NCBI GenBank assembly: GCA_951406725.2 | Contig: OX597834.1 | Coordinates: 39,948,001-40,010,000, forward strand | DNA length: 62,000 nt | Source: Octopus vulgaris | Lineage: Eukaryota | Reading direction: 5' to 3' | Shown here: piece after piece, positions 13,775 through 24,671 of the stretch | Numbering within the stretch: the first letter of the stretch is position 1 | How the letters are laid out: every line of letters starts with the position of its first letter | Translations under genes and position numbers: made by a program | Notes under the pieces: generated by a model | The model's input: only the letters and a program-made list of their open reading frames with translations | Told to the model about the DNA's origin: nothing | The model's database searches: none

Positions 13775-14107
13775 TATTATTATTATTATTATTATTTATG
13801 GGTTTTTCTTCTTCTTTCAAATTTGCTTCCATTTCTCGCCGAGTGTCTTCCCGACTCCTAGGGCAAAGGAACTCATTGTATACATTGGTAGGCCATTAAA
13901 CTAAACTCACTAGTTCGTTCATTTAAAAAATTTTTTTTATAGAAATAAAGTTAAATTAAAATACATGGGTAGTAATTGTTCTCACATCGACAATGCTCTT
14001 CTCAATACGTGTGATGTACCAGTTAAGACAATCTTTTGCACATCTTGCAGGGATGGTAAGCCAGGGATCATTCTCATATAATTTTCGGTTCCCTTCTTGA
14101 TCATTCC

Positions 14108-14110
<3 letters not shown>
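13775..14110 (-). mobile_element. 5'-truncated R4/Dong-like (restriction-like endonuclease) non-LTR retrotransposon 3' end
   Basis: Minus frame 14110-13982 reads IGMIKKGTENYMRMIPGLPSLQDVQKIVLTGTSHVLRRALSM*, a typical REL-LINE C-terminus; followed by 3' UTR and (AAT)n tail; (AAT)n also lies 5' of it. Confidence 0.75.
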
Positions 14111-14145
<35 letters not shown>

Positions 14146-14146
<1 letters not shown>

Positions 14147-14815
14147 GGGGGTGAGCTGGCAGAACCGTTAGCATGCCGGACAAAATGCTTAGTGGCATTT
14201 CGTTTGTCCTTAGGTTCTGAGTTCAAATTGCGCTGAGATTGGCTTTCCCTTTTATCGTTTCGGAGTCAATGAAATAAGTACCAGTGAGACACTGGGGTTG
14301 ATGTAATCGACTAGTTCCCTCCCCCCATTTCAGGCCTTGCACCTTCAGTAAAAAGGATTATTGTTATTGTAGTATAAGGCGGCAAGCTGGCAGAATCTTT
14401 AGCACGCCTGGTGAAATGCTTGGCAGTATTTCGTCTGCTGCTATGTTCTGAGTTCAAATTCCGCCGAGATCAACTTTGCCTTTCATACTTTCAGGGTCGA
14501 TTAAATAAGTACCAGTTATGCACTGGGGTTGATATAATCGACTTAATCCCTTTGTCTGTCCTTGTTTGTCCTCTCTGTGTTTAGCCCCTTGTGGGCAATA
14601 AAGAAATAATTACTGTTGTTGTAAAGGTGGCAACCTGGCAAAATCGTTAGTGCATGGTACAAAATGCTTAGCGGTATTTCACTGGTCACTACATTCTGAG
14701 TTCATATTCCACCAAAGTCTGTTTATCCTTGGTGGGGAAGGGGTCAATAAAATAAGTACCAGTTGAACTCTGGGTCAATGTAACTGACTCATCCCCTCAC
14801 CAAAGATTGTGACAA
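14146..14815 (+). mobile_element. Cluster of three SINE family B copies (14146-14358, 14376-14610, 14624-14815)
   Basis: Each starts (a)ggcggc/gagctggcagaa..gttagcac, has a B-box gagttcaaatt(c)c and aataagtaccagt. Confidence 0.85.
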
Positions 14816-14821
14816 AATTTG

Positions 14822-15100
14822 AAACATCATCATCATCGTTTAACGTCCGTTTTCCGCACTAGCACGGGTTGGACGGTTCGACCGGGGTCTGGGAAGCCAG
14901 GAGGCTGCACCAGGCTCCAGTCTGATCTAGCAGTGTTTCTACAGCTGGATGCCCTTCCTAATGCCAACCACTCTGCGAGTGTAGTGGGTGCTTTTTGCGT
15001 GCCACCAGCACAGGTGCCAGGGGAGTCTGGCAGCGGCCATGATCGGTTGGTGCTTTTAACGTGCCACCAGCACGGAAGCCAGTCAAGGCGGCGCTAGCAT
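14822..15100 (-). mobile_element. Family C (GAT-tailed) retroposon 3' end
   Basis: catcatcatcgtttaacgtccg...ggatgcccttcctaatgccaacc; reverse complement of 57311-57480. Confidence 0.8.
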
Positions 15101-15523
15101 CATTATTATTATTATTGGTCAGCCCGAGGCTATAGCAGAAGACACTTGCCTGAAGTGTCATGCAATGGGACTGAACCCGGAACCATGCAGTTGGGAAGCA
15201 AGCTTCTTACCACACAGCCACACATACGCTAGACAAGAAGTTTGTTGTTGATACAATGATTAAACCGAGGGACTCCAGAGAAATTCCCCAGTGATTCATT
15301 GAGTCTGACTGCATTTTAAAGACATTAGAGAGTTCAGTAAGGGAGATGATCAAGGGAGCTTTATCGATCAGGCTTACTGACTAACAACACACAAGTTCTC
15401 TCAATTGGCTCCGACCTCTTTTGCTTTCCGGCAGAGAAAGGAAAAGCATCAAAAGATTATTGATCTCCATCACTGATAATATTAATGGTGTTAGTGATGT
15501 TGATTCATTCATGACTTCCTGCC

Positions 15524-15554
<31 letters not shown>

Positions 15555-15599
15555 CTTTTTCTTTTGATTTTTTTGTTGTTTCGTACTGTTAACAATTAC

Positions 15600-15655
<56 letters not shown>

Positions 15656-16034
15656 TATTTTATTATTATCATATGTCAACAAAACTCAGTTCTGTTGGTT
15701 TCAATAAACACTACTGTCTACTTTACTGGTCAGATATTATCAAGGTGGATTAAATGTTAGGGGGTTTTAAACACATGCGAACTTCATGGAATAAAAATAA
15801 AAAAGCTCAATGTTTTGTTTTTTATTTGTTATTGTTATTACTATCTTTTTCCTTTGTTTTTTTTTGTTTTTTTTTGTTTTTGCTTTTTTTCTTGCAGTTA
15901 GAGTATTTGTAGAGGTGAATAAGTATGTTGAATCAGAGAGGAGTATATGTTAAAGAGTACAGCAGCCAGTTAAACGTAATACAGTAGAGAAAACGTGGAA
16001 GATGGATGTATCATCATCATCATCATCATCATTG

Positions 16035-16310
16035 TTTTAATCTTTTGTCTTCTACCTTTTTCAGTCATTGAACTGTGGCCATACTGGGGCACTGCCTTGA
16101 AGGAGTTTAGTCAAACAAATCAAACCCAGTATTTATTTTTTTTTTTCATTTTTTTTTTTTAAAGTCTTATTCTAGCAGTCTCTTATGCTGAACTGAACTG
16201 AACTACTAAGTTACAGGGATGTAAACAAACCAACACCAGTTTTCAAGCAGTGGCAGTAGAGGAGGAGAGGGGCATTCACAAAGACACGCACACAGGCACA
16301 CACACACAAA
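16035..16310 (-). mobile_element. SINE family A 3' part
   Basis: Inverted partner of 16340-16572. Confidence 0.8.
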
Positions 16311-16339
16311 CCATCTTCATCATCATTTAACGTCTGTGT

Positions 16340-16572
16340 ATATATTTATGTGGGTGTTTCTTTTGTGTCTGTGTTTGTCCCCTCGTCACAGCTCGACAAC
16401 AGCTGTTGGTTTGTTTACATCCCGATAACTTAACAGTTCAGCAAATGTTACTGATAGACTAAGTACGAAGCCTTAAAAAAAAAAGTCCTGGAGTTGATTT
16501 GTTCAACTAAAACCCTTGAAGGTGGTGCCCCAGCATGGTCGCAGTCACATGACTGAAACATGTAAAAGAATA
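16340..16572 (+). mobile_element. SINE family A 3' part
   Basis: tttacatccc..taacttaacagttcagca...ccagcatggtcgcagtcacatgactgaaac. Confidence 0.8.
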
Positions 16573-17161
16573 AAAGAATATATACATGGGGTGACTATGT
16601 GCATGTTTGTTTCCTTGTCTTGACATCATGTGACAGTAATAAATTGGCTGTGTGGTAAGAAGCTTGCTTCCCAACCGCATGTTTCCAGGTTCAGTTCCAT
16701 TGCATGGCACCTTGGGTAAATGTCTTCTGCTATAGCCTTGGGCCAACCAAAGCCTTGTAAGTGGACTTGATAGACAAAAACTGAAAGAATCCCATCGTAT
16801 GTATGTATTGGCTGTCACTGTCATACAAGCAGTGTTGTTCACTTGGAATATTCAGTGACAACATGTCTAGCCATGGGGAAATATTACCTTACTTGGAAAC
16901 AAGTGAGGGTTAGCAACCGGAAGGGCATCCAACCACAGAAAAATCAGTCCTAATAAACTCAGTCTGACCTTTGCCAACATAGAAAAGTGAATATTCTTTT
17001 CTACTCTAGTCACAAGGCCTGAAATTTTGGGGGAAGGGACTAGTCAATTAGATCGACAACAGTACACAACTGGTACTTAATTTATCAACCCCAAAAGGAT
17101 GAAAGGCAAAGTCAACCTCAGTGAAAAGTGAATATTAAAATGATGATGCATGGAATATTAA

Positions 17162-17588
17162 CCCTTCTGATATCAACCCACATGAAACTGCATCCAACTC
17201 TGTAGTAGAAATGTCTTGTTTCCAAAAGTTCTGAATTAAAATCTTCCACCAAACCTTAGTCACAATTTATGCTCCTAACACTAGCTTAATGATAACCAAG
17301 TTATTTTACTAAATTCTTTGTTATATTTAAAATTAATTGAAAGAAACACAGAGTATCTCAACAGAAATATGGCAACAAAAGGGTTAAAAAATATAATAGA
17401 GAAACAATTCTTTACCCTTTTGATACCAATCCACCTGAAACTACCGCGTGCTCTGTAGTACAAATGTCATGCTTTCAAATGTTCTGAATTAAAATCTTCC
17501 ACCAAACTTTAGTCACAATTTATGTTCCTAACACTAGCTGAATGATAACTAAGTTATTTTACTAAATAGAAATATGGTAACAAAAGGG
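17162..17588 (-). mobile_element. Two tandem piggyBac-type MITEs (17162-17383 and 17415-17588)
   Basis: CCCTT...AAAGGG termini with flanking TTAA/TTTA; reverse complement of 12603-12815. Confidence 0.78.
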
Positions 17589-17879
17589 TTAAATATGTTA
17601 GCAGTGACTTGGCTATTCTGTTTTCAGGCAACAACATCCCTGGGTAATTGTTTAGCAATCACTCCTGTAAATAACGGTGCTGCTATGCCAGTCACTAATG
17701 GCGCCGTTCTATCAGTTGTTAATGGTGCTGCCATACCAATCAATGTAGATCACTAGAAATGCAGAAAGCAGAATGCATTCAACACCAAGCGAGTGCAAGC
17801 ATGCATCAATGCCTTTCATGTTATCATACCTAGATATAATGGTACTGCTGTATATAAGTCATTAACGGTGCCGCTATGT

Positions 17880-18070
17880 CAGGTAACACCTCTCCCTGAT
17901 ACCCAGAACAATTTCATTAATTAAGTGAAGAGCTGGTGCATCTCCCAACCTTAACCTGCAGTAATCAGCATCTTGGCAACAATACCTGAAGCTTTCCCTG
18001 AATTTAGATGTTTAATTATCGTACTCAATAACACCTGATGCGATTTCTATAGGTAGTTTCTCTGGAGATA
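17880..18070 (-). mobile_element. Old RTE/L2-type LINE reverse-transcriptase fragment
   Basis: 18019-17954 translates IIKHLNSGKASGIVAKMLITAG*, resembling the pre-RT motif AIK.LK.GKA.G.DGI.AEML. Confidence 0.55.
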
Positions 18071-18283
18071 GAAAAAGAATGAAGGAAAGAAAAGAGCAAA
18101 TCTGATATTTCATGTTGTGAATAAATCTTCTGTATTTCATGAGCTGAATAGGTGGAATAATACATCATAGACGTTAGGACTTTTCAGAAAAGGTGAAATA
18201 AATTACTATGGAATTTTTGTTGGAATATCTATCTAACTCAAAACCAGAAAAAGTTACCTGTGGAATCCACAAGGCACAGGTGT

Positions 18284-18925
18284 GACTGTGTGATTAAGAA
18301 GTTCTCTTTCCGACCACATAGTTGCAGGTTCAATCCCACTGCGTGACACCCAGAGCAAGTGTCTTTCCTTATGGCATTAGGCTGTCCAAAACTTTGTGAA
18401 CAGATTTGGTAGAAGGAGACTGAAAGAAGCCTATCATATATACCTCATCATCTTCATCATTTAGCATTTGTTTTCCATGCCTATATGAGTTGGATGGTTT
18501 GATATAGAGCTGGCCAGTCAGGGAGATGTCCAGACCCCAAATGTCTGTTGTGGCATGATTTCTACAGCTGGATGCCCTTCCAAATGCCAGCCACTTTACA
18601 GGGTGTACATGGGTGCGTTTATGCAGCTTTCACACAAGTGCATTTTATGTGACACTAGCACCTGTAGGACAAGCATACATACATACATACATATACCTAT
18701 GTGTGGCTTTGTGTCTGTGATTGTCCTCCACACCGCCTGACAACCAGTATGGGTGTGTTTACATCCCTGTAATTTAGCACTCTGGCAAAACGAGACTGAC
18801 AGAATAAATACCAGGATTAAGAAGAAGAAAAACTAAGTATTGAGGGTAGATTTGTTCAACTACAAACTCTTCAAGGTGGTGCTCCAGCATGGCCACAGTT
18901 TAATGACTAAAACAAATAAAATTAA
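18284..18925 (+). mobile_element. SINE family A split by a minus-strand family C insertion (~18447-18665)
   Basis: A head 18284-18440, A tail ~18700-18925, catcatcttcatcatttag...ggatgccctt between them. Confidence 0.7.
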
Positions 18926-19107
18926 ACAACATCACCTAATGCAGCACAATAAGGTTGTCTGACAGTCTTTGGACTCAAATGAGTTAATTGGGGTCATGGC
19001 ACTAGTTTGTGCCCTATTGAGACACATGTGTAGTGCCATTGTTTATCCAAAAATCAGGACAGACCAAAACATGTGGCATTGTTGAGTAGTCACAGCTCTG
19101 GTACTAT

Positions 19108-19462
19108 GTGGAGGGGCAATGGCCCAGTGGTTAGGGCAGCGAACTCACATTCATAGGATCGCAGTTTCAATTCCCAGACCGGGCATTGTGTGTTTATTGA
19201 GCAAAAATACCTAAAGCTCCATGTGGCTCCAGCAGAGGATGGTGCCAAACCCTGCTGTACTCTTTCACCACAACTTTCTCTCACTCTTTCTTCCTGTTTC
19301 CGTTGTGCCTGTAATTCAAAGGGCCAGCCTTGTCACACTCTCTCATGCTGAATATCCTCCAAGAACTATATTAAGGATCTTGCACGTTAATCTCACGAGC
19401 AGGCTGTTCCGTTGATCGGATCAACTGGAACCCTTGTCGTCGTACGTGACGGAGTGCCAACA
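19108..19462 (+). mobile_element. SINE family D, near full length
   Basis: ggaggggcaatggcccagtggttagggcagcg (A-box), gtttcaattccc (B-box), 3' gttgatcggatcaactggaaccc. Confidence 0.85.
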
Positions 19463-19464
19463 CT

Positions 19465-19555
19465 ATGGACATGTGATTAGAATGTCGCAGGAAAGAATCC
19501 CAAGACGGATTCTTTAGCTGAGTCAACCGGCAGAAGACCTGGAGGTAGACCAATA
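19465..19555 (+). mobile_element. RTE LINE ORF C-terminal fragment
   Basis: GHVIRMSQERIPRRIL resembles the RTE motif W.GHV.RM...R.PK.IL. Confidence 0.5.
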
Positions 19556-19559
19556 ATGA

Positions 19560-19876
19560 GAAGGCGGCAAGCTGGCAGAACTGTTAGCACGCCAGGCGAA
19601 ATCCTTAGCGGTATTTCGTCTGCTGCTACGTTCTAAGTTCAAATTCCGCCGAGGTCAACTGTGTTTTGCCCCTTGTGAGTAGTAAAGAAATAGGTATTTC
19701 GTCTGCCACTATGTTCTGAGTTCAAATTCCACCGAGGTCGACTTTGCCTTTCATTCTTTCGCAGTTGATTAAATAAGTACCAGTTACACACTGGGGTCGA
19801 TATAATCGACTTAATCCATTTGTCTGTCCTTGTTTGTCCCCTCTGTGTTTAGCCCCCAGTGGGCAGTAAAGAAATG
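19560..19876 (+). mobile_element. SINE family B with internal dimeric duplication
   Basis: gtatttcgtctgc..ctacgttct(a/g)agttcaaattcc occurs twice. Confidence 0.85.
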
Positions 19877-20317
19877 AGATGGCTGGATAATAAAATATGT
19901 ATACTGAGTCCCAGTTGGTCATGCCTGGGAATCCAGCCAGAAAATTGTAATGACTGTCATTTCTAATAGAACCACATGGAGAAGGTGCCGAGGGCTCTAC
20001 CCATACAATATTCCCAAAAGTAGTGGGCGGAGAAGATGGCTGTGTGAATGCATGGATGGATGGATGGATGTCATTTATTCATAAACCACACGGTATTGGT
20101 ACTGAAGTAGTAATTATTGTAAAGTCATTAATTAATGTATCATTACGTAAATGAGTTGTGTTGGTCACAAGTTTTTAGTAATTTTTTCATGACTTTCATG
20201 GACAATTTGGTCGAGAAAGAGAGATGGGAGGGAAAGATGTGGGGGAGAGCAAGAAGGGAGGAGAGAATACAGTGAATACAGATGAATTGTTAAATTACAA
20301 TGAAACAGCATTAACTA

Positions 20318-20361
<44 letters not shown>

Positions 20362-20599
20362 TAGTATTAGTTGCACTGGTATAAATTATTTACAACAAAA
20401 GGTAATTAAAGTTACTAAACAATTAATACAATAGAGACACCCTCCACCCCAACTCACCTACCTCCCACGCCCACACACACGCACACACACTCTTAGCATG
20501 TCATCACATTTGTGAGCAGGGGGGGGGGGTTGTGTGTGGGTATTATTGTATTCAACAAATGAATAGCTGGGATTATCAGCAACACATTTTCATGGCAAC

Positions 20600-20912
20600 A
20601 CAAGAGAGAGAGAGAGATAGAGAGAGAACGAATGAGAGAGAGAGAGAGAATGAGAGAGAGAGAGAATGAGAGAGAGAGAGAACGAGAGAGGGAGAGAGAA
20701 CGAGAGAGAGAGAGAACGAGAGAGAGAGAGGGAGAGAACGAGAGAGAGAGAGAACGAGAGAGAGAGAGAATGAGAGATGAGAGAGGGAACGAGAGAGAGA
20801 GAGAACGAGAGAGAGAGAATGAGAGATGAGAGAGGGAACGAGAGAGAGAGAGAGGGAACGAGAGAGAAAGAGAGAGAGAGAAAGAGAGAGAATGAGAGAA
20901 AGAGAGAGAATG

Positions 20913-20964
<52 letters not shown>

Positions 20965-21050
20965 AGAGAGAGAGAGAGAACGAGAGAGAGAACAAGAGAG
21001 AGAGAGAGAGAGAACGAGAGAGAGAGAGAGAGTTTTTAAAGAAGAAGAGA
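20600..21050. repeat. Complex (GA)n/(GAGAAC/GAGAAT) polypurine tract
   Basis: Direct inspection. Confidence 0.95.
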
Positions 21051-21358
21051 GAAAAGCAAAATGACCGACCAACAAGTTGTACAGTAAAAGCTTGCTTTTA
21101 TATTTTCTGGTAACAAGTTTATTGATTCCGGTTGTTTCTCGCTGTGTGTGGTCTCTGGTGAAGCAGTGGTGGGGTGGCTTTTATCTTTGTGTTCAGTGTG
21201 TACACATAGATACAGAGATATCTAGATACAAAGACACAGACACACACACAGACACACACGCACACACACACACACATATATATATAATACATACATGTAT
21301 ATATGTGTGTGTTTGTGTGTGTAGACAGACAGGCCTAGAGATATTTATGCATACACAA

Positions 21359-21406
<48 letters not shown>

Positions 21407-21533
21407 GTGTGTGTATAGGATGACAGACAGACATATATAGACATGTGTGCATACATGAATATACATACATACATGTGCATAGAAACAGACATATGCGTAC
21501 AAATATGCATTCATATACGGTTATATGTGTACA

Positions 21534-21618
<85 letters not shown>

Positions 21619-21814
21619 TAAAAGAAAGAGACAGATAGATGGACGGACAGACAGAAGAAGAGGGAGTGTCAATAAATTAAGAATTTTTTGCAGACATCAT
21701 TTAGTACATTAATTTTGAATTTAATTAACAAGGTTCCTGGCATTGGCCTATTTGAATTATTTCCCTTTGCTCTTTTTATATCTAATTATCAAAATTAAGT
21801 GCATGGCTTAATGA

Positions 21815-22092
21815 TTAAGGTATTTGGCCCATGATCATAAGGTTATGAACTGTCTCCTTGAGCAAGACATTTCATTTTTCATCGCTCCTGTCCACTCAGT
21901 TGGCAAAAATGAATCATACCTGTAATTCACAGGGGGCCAGCCTCATCACACTCTGTGTCATGCTGAATCTCCCTGAGAACTACGTTAAGGGTACATTTGT
22001 GTCTGTGGAGTACTCAGCCACTTTCATGTTAACTTCACGAGTAGGGTGTTCTGTTGATAGGATCAACTGGAACCCTCGTCCTCGTGACAGAT
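21815..22092 (+). mobile_element. SINE family D
   Basis: Nearly colinear with 28347-28665. Confidence 0.8.
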
Positions 22093-22184
22093 GGAGGGTC
22101 AGTTTTATTACAAAAAAAACAAAAGATAAACCATCAACTGAATCATTCAGACAGTGCTGTTCATCAACAGTGTTTCAAAACATG

Positions 22185-22578
22185 CTCTTTTACTCTTTTC
22201 AGTCACGTGACTGTGGCCATGCTGGAGTACCGCCTTTTAGTCGAGCAAATCGGCCCCAAGACTTATTCTTTGTAAGCCAAGTACTTACTCTATCGGTCTC
22301 TTTTGCCAAACTGCTAAGTTACAGGGACGTAAACACACCAACATCGGTTGTCAAGCAATGTTGGGGGGACAAACACAGACACATAAACACACACACACAC
22401 ACATATATATACATATAAACGATGGGCTTCTTTCAGTTTCTGTCTACCAAATCCACTCACAAGGCTTTGGTCAGCCCAAGGCTATAATAGAAGACACTTG
22501 CCCAAGGTGCCACGCAGTGAGACTGAACCTAGAACTATGTGGTTAGTAAGCAAGCTACTTACCACACAGCCACTCCTG
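22185..22578 (-). mobile_element. Full-length SINE family A
   Basis: Colinear with 5941-6364. Confidence 0.9.
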
Positions 22579-22580
22579 AG

Positions 22581-22618
<38 letters not shown>

Positions 22619-22658
22619 GAGAGAGAGAGAGAGAGAGAACGCTGCGTATATGTGCATA

Positions 22659-22702
<44 letters not shown>

Positions 22703-23459
22703 AAAATGGAGATATAGCATTAATATAATTTTTTATCTGCAAAAATCCAATATGTTTTCTTACAGCTGTTTCAATTAAGCCTAAAAGATTACATAGCAAT
22801 AATTTAATCATTATAACAGGCAAAATCTCATCAGAGAGTTAGAAAAGATATGCTGTTAGATTATTAGGTGTTGTGTTATTGAATCATCACAGCAGACTTC
22901 TTCAATTGTTGTATATTAAGTCTATTCACAAGGCTATGGTTAGTCTGGGTTATAGTAGAAGACACTTTGTCCAAGGTGCCACACATGAGGATTGAACCCA
23001 AAACTACATGGTTGCAAACCAAGCTTCTTAACCTCACAGCCATGCCTGTCCCTCTAGCCGAGAATAACTAAATATGTCAGAGAAATTGTAAAAGCTGAGA
23101 TAATGCAAAGAGTTTGACAGAGAAAGACATTATAATGGAGATCTGGTGTATTCTATGATTTTCGTGTAAAAATGGTTTTGATTTTATTCCTGCTAATGTA
23201 GCAAGAATTGGTAAAAAAAAAACAAAGAAAGATTTCTCTGCGAATATAGAATTTGCTATGTACAACAACGAAATAATCTAAAGAAAAATACTAACAACAA
23301 CAACAGCTGCTATTACAACCACCATGATGACAATAACAACAACAAGACCCATAACAACGACAATAATGTCGACAACCACAACGACAGCCGTGATTGTAGT
23401 AATTATGTTAAGTAATGATTATGAGGTTAAAAGCACCTCTGAAACACAGCAGAGAACAA

Positions 23460-23836
23460 GACAGAGGTGGAGGGGGAGAGAAGGGGGAGTGGAGAGAGAA
23501 GGAGAAAGAGAAGCTGTTTAGCTGAGTCTCTTCTGAGGGGTGTTAAGAGAGGAGGGAGGTAGAGGGAGGGAATGGGGAGAGGAGAGAGAGCGAGAGAGAG
23601 AGAGAGGGTGGGAGAATGTGTTTGGAGATGTGGTGAGAGTGATGGAGTCTGTGTTTAATTACAATCTGTTATGATGACAGAGAGAGAGGAAGAGAGAAAA
23701 AGAAAGGAGAGAAGGGAGGAAATATGGAGAGAAAAGAGGGGTGGATAGAGAGAAAGAGAGAAATAGAGAAAGATAGAAAAGAGATGGAGAAAAAAGAGGA
23801 GAGATAGAAAGAGAGAAAGAGAGAGAGAGAAAGAGA

Positions 23837-23884
<48 letters not shown>

Positions 23885-24660
23885 GGAGAGAAAGAGAGAC
23901 AGACAGACAGAGAGAGGAGAGGAGAGAGAGATAGAGAGGAGAGAGAAAGAGAGGAGAGAGATAAATAGAGAAAGGAGGGACAGAGAGATAAAGAGAGGAG
24001 AGATAGAAGGTGGAAGGGAGGGAAGGAGAAGAGAGCCGAGTGAGAGAAGTGTAGAAATTTGCAAGAAAACAAAAGTGAAAGTGGGTGGGGGGAGGGATGC
24101 GTGTGTCTCCTATCAAAAGGATAAGTTACAGCAAGAGGGTGGTGGGCATGGGGGTGGAGAGGCAAAGAGTCTCTAATATGAAGTGAAAGGGTGTGACAGG
24201 GTGGTGATGGGGGAGGAGGTGGAGTGGAGCGGGGAGTCACATAGGAGTATGGGGGTGGGGGTAGCATGGGTGTGTGTGGGGGTTTCCGTTAAGGGTAATG
24301 GCAGGGGGTTCGTGGTGGTGGGGTGACTTGTGGTGTGTGCAGAGAGCAAGAAAGGGACCAGAATTAATCAGGTGATGGAGGAAAGCAATAGAAATTCTTG
24401 GAGAAATATAACTAGATATGGGGGGGGAAGGGGAGTTAAGGGGGTGGTGGGTTGGAAGGGTGATTAAAATGAGATTGAAGAGACTAGGGACAGACAGACA
24501 GACAGAGAGAGAGAGAGAGAGATAAAGAGTTGAAAAGAGTAAAAAAAAAGAAATGAAGAAAAAAATAACGAGAAAAAATAAAAAGGTAAAAGAATTTTGG
24601 TAAGAGGAATTTTGATAAAATAACTCCATGATGGAGGTAGATTTAACTCAAAGACAGGGG
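23460..24660. repeat. Purine- and G-rich low-complexity region ((GA)n, G-runs)
   Basis: Plus strand strongly depleted of C. Confidence 0.85.
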
Positions 24661-24671
24661 AATCTATCTCC

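Noticed and set aside
15378-15512. Minus-strand ORF MNESTSLTPL... near a TCA|GTAAGC donor
   Set aside because: In-frame TAG before the donor; the other frames are closed or of the wrong phase
21858-22418. 186-aa plus-strand ORF
   Set aside because: Runs through a SINE D and an antisense SINE A; repeat-derived
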